Assembly: GCF_030028105.1 (NCBI RefSeq) | Contig: NC_092374.1 | Span: 180,127,487-180,191,486, forward strand | Direction: 5' to 3' | DNA: 64,000 nt | Source of the DNA: Mobula birostris | Lineage: Eukaryota | In this document: positions 59,901 through 64,000 of the stretch, piece after piece | How positions within the stretch are numbered: position 1 is the first letter of the stretch | Layout: every line of letters begins with the position of its first letter | Position numbers and translations under genes: made by a program | The notes under the pieces: model-generated | What the model was told of the DNA's origin: nothing | What the model saw: only the letters and a program-made list of their open reading frames with translations | Database searches by the model: none

Positions 59901-61559
59901 TTGGCAGCTTCATAGTTTACAGGTTACTGGAGAGCGCGTTTATGCCAACAGCGCTTGCGTGAGATTTTCTGCCGAGAGCACTTACGTGAGATTTTCGCTA
60001 CGGAGATCTGTGCAGGTAATCGTTGTAGAGAAGTATTTATACTTTATACAGGCTGTGTATTTATCATATCATTCCTGCTTTTACTACATGTTACTGTTAT
60101 TTTAGGTTTTATATGTTATTTGGCATGATTTGGTAGGTTATTTTTGGGTCTGCGAACGCTCACAAAATTTTCCCATGTAAATAAATGGTAATTGCTTCTT
60201 TGCTTTACGACATTTCGGCTTACAAACCGTTTCATAGGACACTCTACCTTCGGATGGCGGGGGAAACCTGTATACCAGCCCTGCTCTGTCCTGTCCCTTG
60301 GCTCGACCTCCTTTTGTGAAGTGTCTGAGAATCTCCCCCTGCACAGCTGTGGGCCCCCCTCAGACAACTCCCCACACAACTCCCACTCCTCACCCGTGAG
60401 TGCAGCCGGACCCTCCCTCAGGGTGACCGATCAACTCACTGTAAATCCGGGTGACGGCGTCCTCCAGTCCTCTGTGCTCCACCCGACATGAGAACGGGCC
60501 CGGGTCTGTGGGGTCCACCGACACCCACTTCCGGATCTGGTGGGTGCCGTCGTGATTGGGCAGGAGCCCACTGGAGTGGGTCTCGGGTAAGATGGTCCCA
60601 TTCCTCAACAGGGTCACCTCGATAGATGGGGGGTGGAAGCCAGTGGCCAAGCAGGAGAGGTGCAGGCTGTCGGCTGAAGGCGTGATCGTCACCTGGGGAG
60701 GCACTGGGGAATGGAAGAAAGATAGAAGGAGGGGGAGGGAGAGAAAAGAAAAGAATGTTTAGAGATCAAGATAGAGGTGACTTTAATTTTCTACAGATTG
60801 ACTGGGACTTCCACTGTAAAAGGACTAGATGTGATAGAGTTTATCAAATGTATTCAGGAAAGGTTCCTTGCTCAGTACATAGAAGTCGCAATGAGAGAGT
60901 GGGCGATACTTGAGCTGCTGTTAAGGGACAGGGCAGGTGACAGAAGTTTGTAGGTTCAACGACAGGAAGAGTGTGAGGGACAGGGAGGGGGAGAGATGGC
61001 GACTGAAGGCGGGATGGTGAGAGGGAGAGAGATGGAGAGACAGTGAACACCCCACCCACACAGAGTCTGAGAGGAACAGAGAATCTGGTAGAGCCCAACC
61101 CAGACAGAGAGAGAGAATCCCCTAAAGAGAGGATTCCCCCAACACTCTCATACCACTCAGAGACCCTCTCAGCAATCACCACTCTCCCATCCCTCACTCC
61201 ATCACTGTTAGAACTCACCTCCCCCCACCCTCATTGTTTCATTTCCTGACCCACAACCCTGGGATCTACCCCTCGCCACCACTCACCCACTCGCGATTCC
61301 CTCTCTCCGTATTCTATGTATCTCTGCAGCCATTGCACACACTCCTTCTCCAGGAAGTCCTTCAGTCTCTTAACACGGACCTCATCACCAGTGCACTGGT
61401 TTTTAATGTTCTGTGCCCACGATGATGGTGTCACCCAGAACATGTGGCCCTGGTCAAAGCGCATCACATCCTCGCCGTCCCAGCTGTAATGGGAGAAGCC
61501 ACTTGAGGTCCCGTCCTCCTTCAGATCACAACCAAATATCTGCTGCAGGGTGTGGAAAT
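56970..61559 (-). CDS. MHC class I-like heavy chain gene 2 (nonclassical), partial: a2, a3, TM and two cytoplasmic exons; a1 and leader not in the window
   Basis: Exons 61287-61559, 60440-60703, 58331-58426, 57072-57104 and 56970-56980 join in phase 1 and end ...GVKRKYNATRMEP*; the a2 and a3 exons are the same lengths as in gene 1 (273 and 264 nt). Confidence 0.85.
57072..57104 (-). CDS. Class I gene 2 cytoplasmic exon 1 (VGVKRKYNATR)
   Basis: tgttttcgcag|TG...CGG A|gtaagt; 33 nt; basic residues plus Tyr, typical of class I tails. Confidence 0.75.
57200..58310. repeat. C-rich ~40-bp minisatellite (cccaacagatcctcccctcatctctcccaaccctccccctc) in the class I gene 2 intron
   Basis: More than 20 variant units filling the TM-to-cytoplasmic intron; G-rich on the transcribed strand. 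Confidence 0.9.
58331..58426 (-). CDS. Class I gene 2 TM exon (KREAQSRILLIVGLLAILMVLAITIGAVYRWR)
   Basis: tctctccccag|AG...CGA G|gtaggg; 96 nt; uninterrupted hydrophobic helix. Confidence 0.88.
58688..60270 (+). mobile_element. Defective Tigger/pogo (Tc1/mariner) DNA transposon
   Basis: TIRs caggtgtcccccgc / gcgggggaaacctg with TA on both sides; CENP-B-like HTH remnant (KLDIIKHFDRGE) and C-terminal FERVRSF...YKQLY. Confidence 0.8.
60440..60703 (-). CDS. Class I gene 2 alpha3 exon ([24 protein letters not shown]...FSCRVEHRGLEDAVTRIY)
   Basis: ttccccag|TG CCT...TAC A|gtgagt; 264 nt; 60/87 aa identical to gene 1 a3 (hand count). Confidence 0.92.
61287..61559 (-). CDS. Class I gene 2 alpha2 exon (FHTLQQIFGCDLKEDG...ECVQWLQRYIEYGERESRV)
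   Basis: gatag|AT TTC...GTG G|gtgagt; 273 nt; 41/90 aa identical to gene 1 a2 (hand count). Confidence 0.92.
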
Positions 61560-62829
61560 CTATCAGCACACAAACAGTCGATGGGTGTTTACCATGATTT
61601 GGAACTTGTTCTGTGTGTTTTGAGAAGCAGCCACATCATCTAAAAAACAAGACTATCTGTATGGAGTTGCAGAGCAGAGAAAAAGGCCATTTGGCCCACC
61701 ACCTCCATGCTGATCTAATAAATAGAGACCCGATTTATCAGCATTTGATCTGTAACCTTCAGTGTCTTAGTGATTTTAGAGCTGGTCCAGACTTTTTTTT
61801 TTAGCATTTATGACGGTCACTGTCTCCACCACCCCCTCAGGCAGTATGCTCTGGCTTCCAAGCCGCTTCTGGGTGAAAAAAAATCCTTCCCAGGTCCACT
61901 CTAAACCTCTCAGCTGTCCCCCTAAATCTCAGCCTTATGCCATGAGAGAAGTTTTATTATCTACCATTCGCTAAATACCTTTTCATGAATAAAATTTAGC
62001 TTTCAAATTATAAACAATGTGTCTGCAGAACTGAGACTGCAGGGGTTACCAATCTTTTTTACACCATGGACCAATACCATTGAGCAAGGGGTCAGTGGAC
62101 CCTGAGTTGGGAACCCCTGGTCCAAAGTCTCACCCACTACACTACTACATTTGAAGCACCGATCCTGTCTTTTAATCAGAGGGTATTTTGGGAAGTGTGA
62201 TCACAACTCCTTAAGGTTTAACAAACACAAAAAAATCTGTAAATGCTGGAAATCCAAAACAACACACCCAAAATACTGGAGGAACTCAGCAGAATAAAGC
62301 AGAATCTATGGAAAAGAGTATAGTTGACGTTTCAGACCGAGACCCTTCATCGAGACTGAAAAGAAAGAGAAGTCAGAGTAAGAAGGTGGGGGGAGGGGAG
62401 GAAGACGTACAAGGTGGAGGTGATAGGTAAAACCATTTCTCATTCCTGTTACCCTCTCTCACCTAGCCTCCTTACCTGTCCATCGCCTCCCGCTGGTACT
62501 CATCCCTCTTCCTTTTCTTCCATGGTCTTCTATCCTCTCCTATCAGATTCCCCCTTCTCCAGCCTTTTATCTCTTTCCCTAATCAACTTCCCAGCTCTTT
62601 ACTTCACCCCTCCCCCATCCAGGTTTCATCTTTCACCTTCCACTTTGTACGTCTTCCTTCCCTCCCCCCACCTTCTCAGTCTGACCTCTTCCTTTACCAG
62701 TCCTGGCCAAGGCTCTTGGCCCAAAACGTCAACTGCTTGTTCTTTTCCAATAGATGCTGCCTAGCCTGCTGAGTTCCTCCAGCATATTATGTGTGTTCCT
62801 CACAGTTTAAGATAGTTATGGATAAATCT

Positions 62830-63470
62830 GGACCTTGAGAAGAATTAAATTGGGGCAGATCAAATTAGATCCCCTGCATCTTAATTTTCTGGATCAGCCT
62901 CCAATGAGAGATCTTGTCAAATGCTATTGCAAGTTTATGCAGACAACAATTACTGTACTGTTCTCATCAATCACCTTCATCAGCTTCCTCAAGTCATGTC
63001 AGAGTCCGATGACATTTGGAAGATCATTAATAACGCCTCCACAATCTCAACTGCTACCTCTTGCAGAACGCTAGGGTGCGGTTCATCTGGTCCCGGTAAC
63101 TTATGTAGCCTTAGGTCTTTCAGCTTTTTGTGCACCTTGTAATAGTAACTGGACTCACTTCTCTTCCCTCACACCCTTCAACATCTGGCACACTGCTAGT
63201 GTCTTCCACAGTGAAGACTGACGCAGAATACTCATTTAGTTCACCAGCTATCTGCTTGTCCCCTGTTATTACTCTTCCAGCCCTATAGCTACTCTCATCT
63301 CTCTTATATTTTTTTACATTCTTGAAAAAGCTTTTATTATCCGCTTTGATATTATTTGCTAGCTTGCTTTCATATTTCATCTTTTCCCATCTAATGACTC
63401 TTTTAATTGCTCCTTGTAGGTTTCTAAAAGCTTCCTAATCCTATATAACCATATAACAATTACAGCATGG
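62830..63470 (-). mobile_element. CR1 LINE fragments
   Basis: MKYESKLANNIKADNKSFFK peptide and CR1 tail. Confidence 0.7.
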
Positions 63471-63734
63471 TGTTACGTACCCCGTAACTGGGTTGTCAAA
63501 CCAGTAGAAACGGAACACTCGTTGGAGTCTGTGATTACTAGAAACTAGTAAAGTTTTATTAACAAAAATAAGTAATACAGTACACTAACCGCAAGGATAT
63601 AAATGTAACAGGTTAGCAATGATAGTACACAGACACAGGGTAATAGGAATCAACCAAGCTCTATTGCAATCTAGGGGTAAAATGATCAGTCTTAGGTGAA
63701 GCAGAGTTCAGTTCGAAGTAATCGCTGCGCAGTT
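63471..63734. mobile_element. Probable LTR start running into the assembly gap
   Basis: Abrupt TGTTACG start inside a CR1 tail; polyA-like signal on the minus strand; terminus not visible. Confidence 0.35.
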
Positions 63735-63970
63735 NNNNNNNNNNNNNNNNNNNNNNNNNNNNNNNNNNNNNNNNNNNNNNNNNNNNNNNNNNNNNNNNNN
63801 NNNNNNNNNNNNNNNNNNNNNNNNNNNNNNNNNNNNNNNNNNNNNNNNNNNNNNNNNNNNNNNNNNNNNNNNNNNNNNNNNNNNNNNNNNNNNNNNNNNN
63901 NNNNNNNNNNNNNNNNNNNNNNNNNNNNNNNNNNNNNNNNNNNNNNNNNNNNNNNNNNNNNNNNNNNNNN
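63735..63970. other. Assembly gap (N run)
   Basis: Run of N. Confidence 1.
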
Positions 63971-64000
63971 GGTTTCAGGCAAACCTTTCGATGCCTTCCA

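Noticed and set aside
61560-64000. a1 or leader exon of class I gene 2
   Set aside because: No SHSL/VD..QF-like coding sequence seen. The equivalent intron in gene 1 is 10 kb, so the exon probably lies in the gap or beyond the window; its absence here is not evidence of pseudogenisation.

Overview
Eukaryotic (cartilaginous-fish, elasmobranch-type repeat landscape; species not determinable, a ray is only a guess) MHC-region DNA. The + strand carries the last seven coding exons of a complement C4 gene (1304-23320, 239 aa, all splice phases consistent). The - strand carries two tandem MHC class I-like genes converging on C4. Gene 1 (leader 51374-51446, a1 48065-48319, a2 37763-38035, a3 37109-37372, TM 31576-31719) is open throughout the exons found, but its cytoplasmic exons are uncertain. 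Gene 2 (a2 61287-61559, a3 60440-60703, TM 58331-58426, cytoplasmic 57072-57104 and 56970-56980) lacks a visible a1 and leader, which probably lie in the N gap or beyond the window. Both genes lack most of the classical peptide-anchoring residues, so they are nonclassical. Introns are filled with decayed CR1, RTE, Rex1/L2-like and Penelope retroelements, SINEs, hAT, Harbinger and Tigger DNA transposons, and minisatellites. Highlights: a divergent nonclassical class I pair next to C4; a Penelope-derived in-frame insertion and an intramembrane Arg in the gene 1 TM exon; a W147C substitution in gene 2; minimal hammerhead ribozyme motifs; and an RTE insertion with a twin-priming-type inversion. 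All alignments were done by eye, and no database searches were run.
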